From Bacteroidota bacterium (GTDB lineage Bacteria; Bacteroidota; Bacteroidia; AKYH767-A; OLB10): a DNA stretch of 64,000 bases. Of the stretch, positions 28,903 to 39,103 are shown in pieces (the stretch's first letter is position 1; the number at the start of each line of letters is the position of its first letter). A program made the position numbers and the translations under genes. The DNA lies in assembly GCA_024643795.1 (NCBI GenBank), contig JAHEMF010000006.1, positions 22,112 to 86,111 on the forward strand, read 5' to 3'. The notes beneath the pieces were generated by a model. The model did not search any database, had not been told where the DNA came from, and was given only the letters and a program-made list of their open reading frames with translations.

Positions 28903-30375
28903 CATGAACCTGTGATCTTGTCGGCGGGTAACACTATAAGGCACCGCTTCATTTACCAGTGAATAGGCTTGGTAATACTCGTTTCTTCTGGAATATGAAT
29001 AACCAAGGTCTATTTTTAGATTTTTTTCTCGAAACCCAATTCCACCACACAAACTTTCAACATGCTGATCAAAACTTTCATCAGTGAAATCACTTTTAAA
29101 AGGGGATGTATAATATGCAGCTCCTGCTCGTAGTGAAATATCTTTTATCCTGATTTCAGCTCCTGCCCTCAATGTGTGATTGTTATTTGTATAGAGCGTT
29201 CTGATGTTGTTGTTCTCTGAAGTAAAATTATAGTCTCCGGCTTTTAATTTCATGGTTGTGTAGTCTGAATATTCATAATCTACACTCAGCAAGCCTGACT
29301 TCCCAAATACAAAACCTAAGCTTCCTACAAATTTGAATGGGGTATTTAAGCTGTATGAATAGAACCCGTCCGGAGAGCTCATAGAATACTGATTTCCATT
29401 AACCACAGAGCGCATGGATGAGAAATACTTGTCATTCATATTGTACCAGGTAGGTGAGTGAATGGCAGCGCCAAGCCTTATACCATTGGTCACTCGTACG
29501 ATCATCCCGAATTTCAGATTAAAACCATTACCACTGGTTTCAAGATATTGATTGTATCGCAAGCTTTTGAAGTCGGCAGAAGAATCGGGGTTGATGATAG
29601 TATTATCTACATCCGTTTCTTCAAAGATCGTTTCTTCTTCATATTTGATATTGGGGAAATTGAATGATAAGCCGAGATTGATCCTGTCGTTATAATTAGC
29701 CCCAAACCCGAACGAGAATTCACCTTGATTACCTTTTGATGAAAAACTCCTGCTTTGTAAAACGTTGCCATTGGGTATGATTGACATGTAATCTCCGGCA
29801 GTGTTTGGTACAGGGTCAATAAGATATGTTTGATAGGCAAGGTTAGCATCAAAAGGATAATAAACAGCCAGTTCAGATACTGAAGCTCCTCCATCAAGAT
29901 TAACTGTTTCTGCAAAATAATCAGTTATTGAATTATTAGGATTTATACCCTGATAATAAGAATTGGTACCCAGATCGTTGGTTCTGTTGTTACCTATTGC
30001 AAATGAGATCTGTTTCCAGTTCGATTGCGACTTATCAATTGGTTTTGCAAGCACAAGGCCAATATTTCCAATGGTGATATTGAATTTGCTGTCATCAAAT
30101 TTTCGGCCTTGGAATTCGCTTTCTGTGAGACGTGATATCCCACCTAATGAAAATGAGAATTCAGAACTTCTGTATACTGCTATTCCTGCCGGGTTCACTG
30201 ACATGGTTGAATAATCCCCTCCTAAAGCTCCGAAAGCTCCTGCCAGACCCATCGACCGGGCCGTGGGACCATAAATACTCTGTGAGTATCTAAGGGCATC
30301 TACTTCATTTTGTGCAAATAAACTCAGAGGAAAAAATAGGCATGTACAAAACATGCCTAAAATGATCTTATTCAT
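28879..30375 (-). CDS. FadL/OmpP1-like (or PorV-like) outer-membrane β-barrel protein
   Basis: Has a signal peptide followed by DALRYSQ…GTARSMGLAGAFGALGGD…NPAG, the N-terminal hatch motif pattern of FadL-like transporters. Length is 498 aa. Confidence 0.5.
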   Translation of the reverse strand: MNKIILGMFCTCLFFPLSLFAQNEVDALRYSQSIYGPTARSMGLAGAFGALGGDYSTMSVNPAGIAVYRSSEFSFSLGGISRLTESEFQGRKFDDSKFNITIGNIGLVLAKPIDKSQSNWKQISFAIGNNRTNDLGTNSYYQGINPNNSITDYFAETVNLDGGASVSELAVYYPFDANLAYQTYLIDPVPNTAGDYMSIIPNGNVLQSRSFSSKGNQGEFSFGFGANYNDRINLGLSFNFPNIKYEEETIFEETDVDNTIINPDSSADFKSLRYNQYLETSGNGFNLKFGMIVRVTNGIRLGAAIHSPTWYNMNDKYFSSMRSVVNGNQYSMSSPDGFYSYSLNTPFKFVGSLGFVFGKSGLLSVDYEYSDYTTMKLKAGDYNFTSENNNIRTLYTNNNHTLRAGAEIRIKDISLRAGAAYYTSPFKSDFTDESFDQHVESLCGGIGFREKNLKIDLGYSYSRRNEYYQAYSLVNEAVPYSVTRRQDHRFMLTIGYRF

Positions 30376-30389
30376 AATTCTGAATTATA

Positions 30390-31979
30390 TTATGGTCTGG
30401 TTCTTCCTGTTGAATTGCTCACATTACCTCTTGAGTTAGATGAGCTGTTTCCACTTTGGTATGAACTTCCTGAGCTCCTGGGACTACTATTTGAACCACC
30501 TACGGAGCTACGACCCGGTTTTGAATTAGAACCATAATTGGAATTACTTGGTCTCGGAGAGCTTTGGTAATTGCCTTTTGGTGCTGAAGGTCGTGGGTTG
30601 CTATTATAACTGCTACCGTTACTTCCTTTAGGATTCACACTGGACCTTGGTTTATTCTGTGTCGGACTACTCTTTGAAGGGGTAGTACTTCTGGGAGTAG
30701 ACTGATAGCTTGGTTGTCCGCTTTTTGAAGGACTGCTGCTTCTTGGTTTGGATTGGTAAGAAGGAGTAGAACTCTTACTAGGCTGAGTAGTGCTCTTAGG
30801 ACGTGGAGTTGACTGGTAGTTATTGCCTTTATCATTTTCAGATTCACTACCTGAAGGTCTGGGGCTGCTAGTGTAAGAATTACTCTTCACAGGAGCAGAA
30901 GAATTCCCTTTCACATCTTTAGATCCGGAATTAGAGGGGCGTGGAGATGATGTATAATTGCCATCCTTATCCTTACTCTCTCCTGAAGTAGAAGAAGGTC
31001 TTGGAGTAGATGTATGATTAGAATTATCATCTCCTTTGTTAACTCCTGTGTTTGCAGGACGAGGTGTTGAAACACTGGATCCTCTTGGACTCTCATTTGC
31101 TGCAGGATTCATTGGTCTGGGATCAGAACTATGGCTGGATATTGCCGCACGCTCGCCCCTGTCAGCAATAACAGTTTGCTGATAAAGTTGTCCTACACCA
31201 GCTGTAGAGTATGGTGAGTAAAAAGTATTTGATCCACCTGAGCTGCCGCCACTGTTTCTGGGCCCATAGTAATAACTGTGGTTATCATAACTATTGAAAT
31301 AGTATGGGTTATTATACCAATTACTATAATAGCCATTATAATAACCTGCATTGTAACCGGCGTAGTATCCGTTATTATAACCGTTCCAATATGAATTGTA
31401 ATATCCGCCACCACCATAACAGCTGTTGCTGCCATACCAAGGATTGTAACTGTATCCACATGGGTTATAACAATAGTTATAATATGGTGTGTAATAAGTA
31501 GGTGTCCACCAGTTATAGGATAAGTATATACTTACACCATACGAATATGGGTTGTAGTTGTACCAGTATGAATTTGTGAACCATCCGTCATAGTAACCAA
31601 ATCCAAGGCTAACGTTTGTGTGAAAACGTCTCAGCCGTGATGAGTATGCATAATCATAGTAATCATCTTCATCATAGTAGTAGTTGTTGGTCACATAGGT
31701 ATTGCCTGCTCCATCCTGTTCTGTGGTTACATTGTCAGGTTGATCATCATATCCGAACCTATCATTATTTTGTTCGGCGGAAGAATAATTCTCAGCTTGA
31801 GTTTGATTTTGTCCTTCATCTCCGTACAAAGCTTCCGGATCCCGGGAACTTTGATTATCATTTGATGAATAATAGACATCGTCATAGTTCTCACTGTTTC
31901 TTGCCATCTTGTTAGAAGATGAACATGAACTGATGGTCACGGCTGACACAGCGATAAGAATAATTGATAAAGCTTTCAT
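30390..31979 (-). CDS. Extreme low-complexity lipoprotein. Domains, N to C: signal peptide/lipobox, an acidic/Q-rich segment, a Tyr/Asn/Gly-rich prion-like segment, and a Ser/Pro/Arg-rich tail with about 10 degenerate (S/T)(S/T)PRP repeats.
   Basis: Sequence features are MKALSIILIAVSAVTISSC, …YYNSYWNGYNNGYYAGYNAGYYNGYY… and STPRP/SSPRP/QSTPRP/NSNPRP repeats. It is co-oriented with, and 15 nt upstream of, the FadL-like gene. Confidence 0.55.
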   Translation of the reverse strand: MKALSIILIAVSAVTISSCSSSNKMARNSENYDDVYYSSNDNQSSRDPEALYGDEGQNQTQAENYSSAEQNNDRFGYDDQPDNVTTEQDGAGNTYVTNNYYYDEDDYYDYAYSSRLRRFHTNVSLGFGYYDGWFTNSYWYNYNPYSYGVSIYLSYNWWTPTYYTPYYNYCYNPCGYSYNPWYGSNSCYGGGGYYNSYWNGYNNGYYAGYNAGYYNGYYSNWYNNPYYFNSYDNHSYYYGPRNSGGSSGGSNTFYSPYSTAGVGQLYQQTVIADRGERAAISSHSSDPRPMNPAANESPRGSSVSTPRPANTGVNKGDDNSNHTSTPRPSSTSGESKDKDGNYTSSPRPSNSGSKDVKGNSSAPVKSNSYTSSPRPSGSESENDKGNNYQSTPRPKSTTQPSKSSTPSYQSKPRSSSPSKSGQPSYQSTPRSTTPSKSSPTQNKPRSSVNPKGSNGSSYNSNPRPSAPKGNYQSSPRPSNSNYGSNSKPGRSSVGGSNSSPRSSGSSYQSGNSSSNSRGNVSNSTGRTRP

Positions 31980-32116
31980 AACTGCCGTTTTTAAATTTGA
32001 CTCATTTAATTTCCAATGGTTTAGCGATAGATTGCTAATATTAGATAACTTTCACAATTTTGTCGCTGATTATGAAATAAACAAATATCATACCAACTTC
32101 TTTTCAAAGTTAATCA

Positions 32117-33592
32117 ATGGCAAAACAACTTACAACGCGCGAACAGAACTACTCTGAATGGTATCAAGACCTTGTGATCAAGGCGGACATGGCTGAGAAT
32201 TCAGCTGTTAGAGGCTGCATGGTCATCAAGCCCTATGGATTTGCAATATGGGAAAAGATGCAGAGTGCACTTGATCAAATGTTCAAAGATACCGGTCATG
32301 TAAACGCATATTTTCCACTTTTTATTCCAAAATCCTTTTTTAGCAAGGAAGCGGCTCATATTGAGGGCTTTGCGAAAGAATGTGCAGTGGTAACACATTA
32401 CAGACTGAAGAATACACCAGATGGGAAGGGAATAGAAGTTGACCCCGAGGCAAAGCTGGAAGAAGAGCTTATTGTACGTCCTACTTCTGAAACTATTATA
32501 TGGAACACCTACAGAAACTGGATCCAATCTTATCGTGATCTCCCAATACTTTGTAATCAATGGGCAAACGTGGTGCGCTGGGAGATGCGAACGCGCTTGT
32601 TTCTCAGAACCGCCGAATTTCTTTGGCAGGAAGGCCACACTGCCCATGCCACAGAAAAGGAAGCCAGAGAAGAAACAATGAAAATGCTTGATGTTTATGG
32701 AACATTCGCAGAAGAGTTCATGGCAATGCCGGTTCTGAAAGGTGTAAAAACAGCCAATGAACGTTTTGCCGGTGCCATCGATACCTTTTGTATTGAAGCA
32801 CTGATGCAGGATGGTAAGGCACTCCAGGCAGGTACTTCCCATTTTCTGGGTCAAAATTTCGCTAAGGCATTTGATGTAAAGTTCACTACCAAAGAAGGTG
32901 TTCAGGAACATGTTTGGGCTACCTCCTGGGGAGTATCAACCAGATTGATCGGAGCCCTTATCATGGCTCATTCAGATGATAATGGTTTAATATTACCTCC
33001 TAAACTGGCACCTATTCAGGTAGTGATCGTGCCAATTTATAAGAATGAAGAGCAACTGGCTCAAATTAGTGAAGTTGCCGGAAAGATTACCTCAGAGCTT
33101 AAAAGCAAGGGCATATCTGTTAAATATGACGACCGTGACACTCATAAACCCGGCTGGAAATTCAGTGAATATGAATTAAAAGGAGTCCCGGTTCGGATTG
33201 CAATTGGTCCCAGAGATATAGAAAATGGTACAGTAGAAGTGGCCAGAAGGGATACGATGGAAAAGACTACTTATCAGCTTATGGATCTGTCATTGAAAAT
33301 TGAACACCTTCTGGATAAGATCCAGCAAAATATTTATACTAAAGCTCTTGAATTCAGAGACGAAACTACACATGTGGCTGATAGTTTTGATGAGTTTAAG
33401 AAGTTGCTTGATACCAAAGGCGGATTCATCAGAGCACATTGGGATGGTACTACAGATACTGAGCTGAAGATCAAAGAGTTAACTAAAGCAACCATCCGTT
33501 GTATACCTTTAAATGAGAAACCTGAAGCAGGCAAATGTATCTTAACGGGAAATCCAAGTATTCAAAGAGTGGTTTTTGCACGTGCATATTGA
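32117..33592 (+). CDS. proS: Proline--tRNA ligase (archaeal/eukaryotic-type ProRS)
   Basis: A 491 aa class II aaRS with a C-terminal zinc-binding-like region, typical of Bacteroidota ProRS. Confidence 0.9.
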   Translation: MAKQLTTREQNYSEWYQDLVIKADMAENSAVRGCMVIKPYGFAIWEKMQSALDQMFKDTGHVNAYFPLFIPKSFFSKEAAHIEGFAKECAVVTHYRLKNTPDGKGIEVDPEAKLEEELIVRPTSETIIWNTYRNWIQSYRDLPILCNQWANVVRWEMRTRLFLRTAEFLWQEGHTAHATEKEAREETMKMLDVYGTFAEEFMAMPVLKGVKTANERFAGAIDTFCIEALMQDGKALQAGTSHFLGQNFAKAFDVKFTTKEGVQEHVWATSWGVSTRLIGALIMAHSDDNGLILPPKLAPIQVVIVPIYKNEEQLAQISEVAGKITSELKSKGISVKYDDRDTHKPGWKFSEYELKGVPVRIAIGPRDIENGTVEVARRDTMEKTTYQLMDLSLKIEHLLDKIQQNIYTKALEFRDETTHVADSFDEFKKLLDTKGGFIRAHWDGTTDTELKIKELTKATIRCIPLNEKPEAGKCILTGNPSIQRVVFARAY

Positions 33593-33607
33593 TTTGTTAC
33601 CTTTAAA

Positions 33608-34306
33608 GTGATGTCAGAACCTTCATCTACACACGAGCAAATAATGAAATCTCTCATTGAAAAAGGGGGATTGAAACTTGATGTTTTTAAAAATACTCAG
33701 TTAGCATTTGGTTGGCTTAAATCAAGTTTAAGGGATCTTGAGCTTTCACTTAGGAAGGAAATGCAGAAGATTGATAAACGGGTAGTTATCAAGTATATAG
33801 ATAGGGGCCCCTTTAGTGCAGAATTTAGAATCTCAGATGACGTACTCATCTTTAATATGCACACCAATATCTTCACTTTTCATGAAAGCCATTCAATATG
33901 GCGCACATCTTATGTACAAGATCAGAACCTGCGCACATTCAGTGGTATGATCTCTATTTATAATTTCCTGACAGATTCTCTGAACCTGAACAGGTCTAAT
34001 GATGTTGGATACCTGATTGCTCGGATTTTTGTCAATAAAGAGATGCATTACTTCATGGAAGGCAAGAAGCAGCTGGGTTTTTTATTCAATGATTTTGGAC
34101 ATGAAGTGATAAACGAACTGAAAATTAAGGCAATTGTGGAATCTGCTGTAGCGTATTGCCTTAATTTTGACATATATACACCGCCATTTGATAAAGTGAA
34201 TGTAATATCGGTTCAGGAGGTTACCGAAAGCAGCCTTTCAAATCTGACCGCAACAGGTAAACGACTGGGTTTCAAACTCCAATCAGACTCAGATCTGATA
34301 GAATGA
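33608..34306 (+). CDS. Hypothetical protein (232 aa), 15 nt downstream of proS
   Basis: An ORF with good coding character. No recognisable motifs. Confidence 0.4.
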   Translation: MMSEPSSTHEQIMKSLIEKGGLKLDVFKNTQLAFGWLKSSLRDLELSLRKEMQKIDKRVVIKYIDRGPFSAEFRISDDVLIFNMHTNIFTFHESHSIWRTSYVQDQNLRTFSGMISIYNFLTDSLNLNRSNDVGYLIARIFVNKEMHYFMEGKKQLGFLFNDFGHEVINELKIKAIVESAVAYCLNFDIYTPPFDKVNVISVQEVTESSLSNLTATGKRLGFKLQSDSDLIE

Positions 34307-34388
34307 CCAAGAATTTTCTTCTCAATCTATGTTGGGAATCAATTCCATTTTCTTTACCTTTGCGAACTCTTTTCGAAGAGCTAGATTC

Positions 34389-34461
34389 GGCCCGTTCGTC
34401 TAGGGGTCTAGGACATCTCCCTTTCACGGAGGAAACACGGGTTCGATTCCCGTACGGGCTA
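34389..34461 (+). tRNA. tRNA-Glu (anticodon UUC); CCA not encoded
   Basis: I folded a cloverleaf by hand. It has a 7-bp acceptor stem GGCCCGT/ACGGGCT, a T-arm ACGGG-TTCGATT-CCCGT, and an anticodon stem TCTCC/GGAGG with loop CTTTCAC. Confidence 0.85.
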
Positions 34462-34513
34462 CTAACATTAATACAGTTTTTTCTAAACAGAGAAACTAAA
34501 ATATCATAAGAAA

Positions 34514-34768
34514 ATGGCTAACCATAAGTCAGCAATTAAAAGAATCAGATCAAACGAGGCCAAGCAGGTCAGAAATCGTTATCAGGCTAAAACTATGCGC
34601 AATGCTCTTAAGAAAATGAGAGAATTGAATGATAAAAGTGAGTTGACCAAACAACTGCCTGAAATGATGTCAATGCTAGATACATTGGCTAAGAAAAATG
34701 TGATCCACAAGAAGAAAGCTGCAAACCTTAAATCAGGCTTGATGAAAAGGGTCAATGCCTCTGCTTGA
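34514..34768 (+). CDS. rpsT: 30S ribosomal protein S20
   Basis: Has the MANHKSAIKRIRSNEAKQVRNR… N-terminus. Confidence 0.9.
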   Translation: MANHKSAIKRIRSNEAKQVRNRYQAKTMRNALKKMRELNDKSELTKQLPEMMSMLDTLAKKNVIHKKKAANLKSGLMKRVNASA

Positions 34769-34789
34769 TTTTTTGATCTACTAGTATTT

Positions 34790-34818
34790 ATACCCTTCTC
34801 CGGAAGGGTATTTTGTTT
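34790..34818 (+). terminator. Rho-independent terminator after rpsT
   Basis: A 9-bp stem ATACCCTTC/GAAGGGTAT with loop TCCG, followed by TTTGTTT. Confidence 0.5.
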
Positions 34819-34835
34819 AACACACTTTTCATAAT

Positions 34836-35543
34836 GTGCTTTTTATCTTTTTTTCAATGGAAAAACCAACCATCAAACACTGGTCAGAAGATGACCGGCC
34901 AAGAGAAAAACTTTTTAGATTGGGTCGGCACAATTTAGCTAATGCTGAATTGATAGCTTTATTGATAAGAACCGGAAGTGGTTCAGAGACCGCCATGGAC
35001 TTAGCTTACAAGATCTTGTACCACTGCAACAATGACCTGCACAAACTATCAAGGTTAAATGCAAATGAGTTGGGAAGGTTTAAAGGAATGGGTGCAACTA
35101 AGGCTGCATGTATTTTGGCAGCACTGGAATTGGGAAAAAGAAGCATAAGTTCAATTCCGAAAAATATTGAACGAATTACTTCAAGCAGTGAAGCATCTTC
35201 CTTACTTTTTTCTCATTTGTCAGACCTTCCACATGAAGAATTCTGGCTCTTGTTGTTAGACAGGTCCAATAATATAATCAGCAAAATACAGTTAAGCAAA
35301 GGTGGGGTATCCGGAACACTGGTTGATCCTAAATTGGTATTTAAATCCGCAGTAGACAACCTGGCATCGGGGATAATTTTGTTTCATAATCACCCAAGTG
35401 GTAACTTAAAGCCCAGTGAATCGGATATCAAGCTAACCACAAAATTGAAAAATGCCGGAAGTGTTTTAGAAATTGCTGTATTAGACCATATAATAATAAG
35501 TTCAAAGGGTTATTTTAGTTTTGCTGATGAGGGGATAATGTGA
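34836..35543 (+). CDS. radC: RadC-family JAB/MPN domain protein
   Basis: Has the HNHPSGNLKPSESD JAMM motif and an N-terminal HhH-like region. The start is probably the internal MEKPT…. Confidence 0.85.
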   Translation: MLFIFFSMEKPTIKHWSEDDRPREKLFRLGRHNLANAELIALLIRTGSGSETAMDLAYKILYHCNNDLHKLSRLNANELGRFKGMGATKAACILAALELGKRSISSIPKNIERITSSSEASSLLFSHLSDLPHEEFWLLLLDRSNNIISKIQLSKGGVSGTLVDPKLVFKSAVDNLASGIILFHNHPSGNLKPSESDIKLTTKLKNAGSVLEIAVLDHIIISSKGYFSFADEGIM

Positions 35544-35578
35544 AAATCTGCCACGAATCAATAAATTAGTGGAGTCAA

Positions 35579-36895
35579 ATGGAAGATCAAAGATTACTTG
35601 TTTCTGTGAAAAGGGTAACCACCCGACTGAGATATACTTTTGATCTTATCTTTAAGGATATTCTGGGAATTGAATATAGTTTTGAGACGGATAAAGATCT
35701 GTTTATTCAATCAAAACAACCTAAGATCACGTATGATGTTCACCCGATTGGAGATGAGTTGTTTTTTTATTCAGCCGGTATCCTCTTTGAAAAGGGCATA
35801 GAGGATCAGAACCTTGCAGTGATTGATTGGGCAGGAACAAAAGGATTGTTTGCGACACATCCTAAATATGTAATTCCGTTTGACCCGTTTGCCGCATCAT
35901 TTTACATGATATCCAGATATGAAGAGTATTTACCACATCACCGGGATATCCACAACAGATACGATGCTACAGAAAGTATTGCATTCAAGAAAGACTTTTT
36001 ACATCAACCTGTAATAGACATATATGCACATGCAATCAGAGACCTGATAACTTCCAGATATCCTCATTTTATTTTTCCAGAGCGGAAATATAAATTCACA
36101 TCTACTATTGACATTGATAATGCATGGGCGTATCTTGAAAAAGGGATACTCAGAACCATAGGTGCTTTTGGTAAGTCTTTGATCAATTTAGATACTGAAG
36201 AGGCCGTAGAGAGGCTAAAAGTCTTATTAAAGATGAAAGCGGATCCATATGATACCTATGACTTCCAGTTAGAGCTTCAGAAGGAGTTGAAATTTAAGGT
36301 CATCTACTTTTTTCTTTTAGGGGAATATGGGACTAATGACAGGAACGTGCCCGTTGACTCCAGAAAGTTACATTCATTGATTAAATCATTGGCCGATTAT
36401 GCAGACACGGGGATACACCCTTCATACGGTTCCAATTCTAATCCGGAAAGGTTAAGGAAGGAACTCCGGATCCTGAACCAGATCTTAAAGCGGGAGGTCC
36501 ATAATAGCCGGCAGCATTTCCTGGTATTAAGGATTCCTGAAACTTATCGCAATTTGATCGACCTCGACATTACCGATGACTATACCATGGGATATGCTAT
36601 CAGACCAGGATTCAGGGCAGGAACCTGCACGCCATTTAAATTCTATGATCTTGATAATGAAGTCAAGACCAACCTGACCATTCATCCATTTGCTGTGATG
36701 GATGCAACATTAAAATTCTATATGAAACTTGAACCATCTGAGGCGATGAGCATAATCGGTCCTTTGATCAGTGAAGTTAAGAAGGTAAGCGGGAACTTTA
36801 TCAGCTTATGGCATAATGAATCGCTAAGTGAAAACAAGATCTGGAATGGTTGGAAAGCGGTATATGAACAACTTGTAAGAGAAGCTGTAGAATGA
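35579..36895 (+). CDS. Hypothetical protein, possibly a divergent polysaccharide-deacetylase (CE4)-like fold
   Basis: Has TIDIDNAW, GIHPSYGS and RQHFL segments reminiscent of NodB motifs. The assignment is weak. Confidence 0.35.
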   Translation: MEDQRLLVSVKRVTTRLRYTFDLIFKDILGIEYSFETDKDLFIQSKQPKITYDVHPIGDELFFYSAGILFEKGIEDQNLAVIDWAGTKGLFATHPKYVIPFDPFAASFYMISRYEEYLPHHRDIHNRYDATESIAFKKDFLHQPVIDIYAHAIRDLITSRYPHFIFPERKYKFTSTIDIDNAWAYLEKGILRTIGAFGKSLINLDTEEAVERLKVLLKMKADPYDTYDFQLELQKELKFKVIYFFLLGEYGTNDRNVPVDSRKLHSLIKSLADYADTGIHPSYGSNSNPERLRKELRILNQILKREVHNSRQHFLVLRIPETYRNLIDLDITDDYTMGYAIRPGFRAGTCTPFKFYDLDNEVKTNLTIHPFAVMDATLKFYMKLEPSEAMSIIGPLISEVKKVSGNFISLWHNESLSENKIWNGWKAVYEQLVREAVE

Positions 36896-37803
36896 TAAAA
36901 TATATCAATCATACAGATATTGATAAAGGCAAGTGGGATAACGCGATTTCAGAAGCGAAAAATGGGACCATTTGTGCATATTCATGGTATCTGGATATTG
37001 TTTCACCAGGGTGGGATGCTTTGATAACAGATGATTACAGTGAAATATTTCCAGTTACTAAAGCAAAAAAATATGGTATAGAGTACTTAAGACAACCTCT
37101 TTTTACGCAGCAACTGGGTTTAATAACATGCCGGTCAAGTAGTGAACCGGATTGTAGTGAACAGCTTGAGATTTTACGGAAAAAGTTTAAGCTTATTGAG
37201 ATCAATCTCAGATATAATAATGTTTTTTTTCATGATAAATATATTCGGACAGACAGGCCTAACAGTGAATTAAATATTTCATTAAGGTATGAGCACATCT
37301 ATGATGGATATAGTGAGAATATCAAACGTAATATTAAGAAAGCAATAAAAGCAGAGTTGTCAGTTTCAAACAAAGGTGACCTGCATGATGTAATAGCACT
37401 TTTCAGAAATAATAGAGGAAAAACAATTCAAGGATTTTCAGAATCATCTTATATTTTGTTAAGACGTATTGTTGACCAGGCAATACAAAAGGGTTGTGGA
37501 GAAATCTATATTACGATCGACAAAAACTCGATGCCATGTGCCGGTGCAGTTATTCTCAAAGGGCATGGCATTTGTCTTTTTTTATTCTCCGGGTTAAATT
37601 CAAGAGGTAAAAGCCTGGGTGCAATGCCTTTTTTGATTGATAAAATCATACAAAATAATTGTGAAAAATTCGAAAAATTCGACTTTGAAGGATCACGAGA
37701 TATGAATCTTGCAAGGTTTTATAATTCTTTTGGTTCCCATGAAAGTGTATATTTACATATCAGGTATAATAAATTACCATATCCTTTCAGGTGGTTTAAA
37801 TAA
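36892..37803 (+). CDS. FemAB-like / BioF2-like GNAT-fold acyl(aminoacyl)transferase family protein
   Basis: The N-terminal KWDNAISEAKNGTICAYSWYLD pattern is typical of Acetyltransf_6-type proteins. It overlaps the upstream gene by 4 nt (ATGA). Confidence 0.4.
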   Translation: MIKYINHTDIDKGKWDNAISEAKNGTICAYSWYLDIVSPGWDALITDDYSEIFPVTKAKKYGIEYLRQPLFTQQLGLITCRSSSEPDCSEQLEILRKKFKLIEINLRYNNVFFHDKYIRTDRPNSELNISLRYEHIYDGYSENIKRNIKKAIKAELSVSNKGDLHDVIALFRNNRGKTIQGFSESSYILLRRIVDQAIQKGCGEIYITIDKNSMPCAGAVILKGHGICLFLFSGLNSRGKSLGAMPFLIDKIIQNNCEKFEKFDFEGSRDMNLARFYNSFGSHESVYLHIRYNKLPYPFRWFK

Positions 37804-37815
37804 ATTCATCAAATT

Positions 37816-38463
37816 ATGGTTCACAACTTAAGTAAGCAGAATTCACTCATGACTGAATTCATTTCAGAAATTAGAAATGCAGATATTCAAAAAGACCGCA
37901 TGAGATTCAGGAGGAATATGGAACGAATAGGTGAAATCGCGGCATATGAAATAAGTAAGAAGTTTAATTACCGGAATTCTGAAGTTGTGACCCCATTAGG
38001 AATTTCGAACATGAATGTGCTTGTTGAGCAACCGGTGGTTGCCACAATATTACGTGCTGGATTACCCCTGCATCAAGGGGTGTTGAACTATTTTGACAGA
38101 GCAGATAATGCTTTCATCTCTGCATACAGACGGCATCATAAAGATGGCAGTTTTGATATTCATCTTGAATATGTGGCCAGCCCTGACCTGGAGAATAGGA
38201 ATCTGATTCTTTGCGACCCTATGCTAGCCACAGGTCAATCAATGGTGATGACCTACAGATCTATTTTGCAAAAAGGTAAACCTAAAAGCACACATATTGT
38301 TTGTGCTATAGCTTGTACTCAAGGTATTGAATATGTTAAGAGAAACTTACCCACTGGTATTGAAATTTGGGTAGGTGCAATTGATGAGGAACTAACAGCT
38401 CAGGCTTATATAGTACCCGGTTTGGGTGATGCAGGAGATCTGGCATTCGGAGATAAGAGTTAA
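37816..38463 (+). CDS. upp: Uracil phosphoribosyltransferase
   Basis: A 215 aa protein with a PRTase fold and a UPRT-type N-terminus. Confidence 0.85.
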   Translation: MVHNLSKQNSLMTEFISEIRNADIQKDRMRFRRNMERIGEIAAYEISKKFNYRNSEVVTPLGISNMNVLVEQPVVATILRAGLPLHQGVLNYFDRADNAFISAYRRHHKDGSFDIHLEYVASPDLENRNLILCDPMLATGQSMVMTYRSILQKGKPKSTHIVCAIACTQGIEYVKRNLPTGIEIWVGAIDEELTAQAYIVPGLGDAGDLAFGDKS

Positions 38464-38527
38464 CCCGGGTTAATAATACCAACATTTGCTTAAATATTTA
38501 ATTTTAAGATGCTAAGTCTTCATACCA

Positions 38528-39103
38528 TTGAGTGAGTTTGTCAAAATATTACTCATTATCCTGCTTAGCAGTGTGAAGTTTGTTGCAGGTCCGCCTTTTG
38601 CCTACTTTGATGAGCGTTACGATTTCAGTTTTTTTGAAACTGTGCTTTACTGTGTGATAGGAGGGATGCTGGGAGTATGGGTATTTACTTTTTTCAGCCT
38701 TGAAATTCAACTAACATGGGATTGGATCAAACACAGATTCAAAAAGATGGTTAATTACCGGCCTGTGTTCTCCAAACCTAAGGCAACTGAATCGGGGATC
38801 AGCATCAATTATACCTATGTTGAAAATCCAAAGGCTATAGTTAAAAAGGTATTCAGTCCCAGATCAAGAAAAATTGTTAAGTTATGGAAGAAGTATGGTC
38901 TCATAGGTATAGCATTCCTTACTCCTGTATTAATATCTATACCTATTGGTACAATAATAGCTAACACTTTTGAAAGCAATAAAGCGCGAATCTTTCTTTA
39001 TATGTTCATATCCATAGTATTTTGGTCAATAACTTTTACTTCTGTTTTTGAAATACTCCATGTTGTTAACATTCACCAATTAAAAGAACGACTTATAGGA
39101 TGA
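38528..39103 (+). CDS. Hypothetical membrane protein
   Basis: An ORF with 4 predicted TM helices. No recognisable motifs. Confidence 0.4.
   Translation: MSEFVKILLIILLSSVKFVAGPPFAYFDERYDFSFFETVLYCVIGGMLGVWVFTFFSLEIQLTWDWIKHRFKKMVNYRPVFSKPKATESGISINYTYVENPKAIVKKVFSPRSRKIVKLWKKYGLIGIAFLTPVLISIPIGTIIANTFESNKARIFLYMFISIVFWSITFTSVFEILHVVNIHQLKERLIG

Noticed and set aside
30635-31915. Several ORFs (both strands) within the low-complexity lipoprotein gene
   Set aside because: They are artefacts of the repetitive, compositionally biased DNA. The long minus-strand frame with signal peptide and lipobox is the coherent gene.
34303-34509. 68-aa ORF in the track
   Set aside because: It overlaps the tRNA-Glu gene (34389..34461) almost entirely. 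The RNA gene is strongly supported by a clean cloverleaf, so the ORF is spurious.
34307-34513. tRNA-associated integration site or mobile element next to tRNA-Glu
   Set aside because: There is no integrase, no direct repeat of the tRNA 3' end and no compositional shift downstream. The flanks are rpsT and housekeeping genes.
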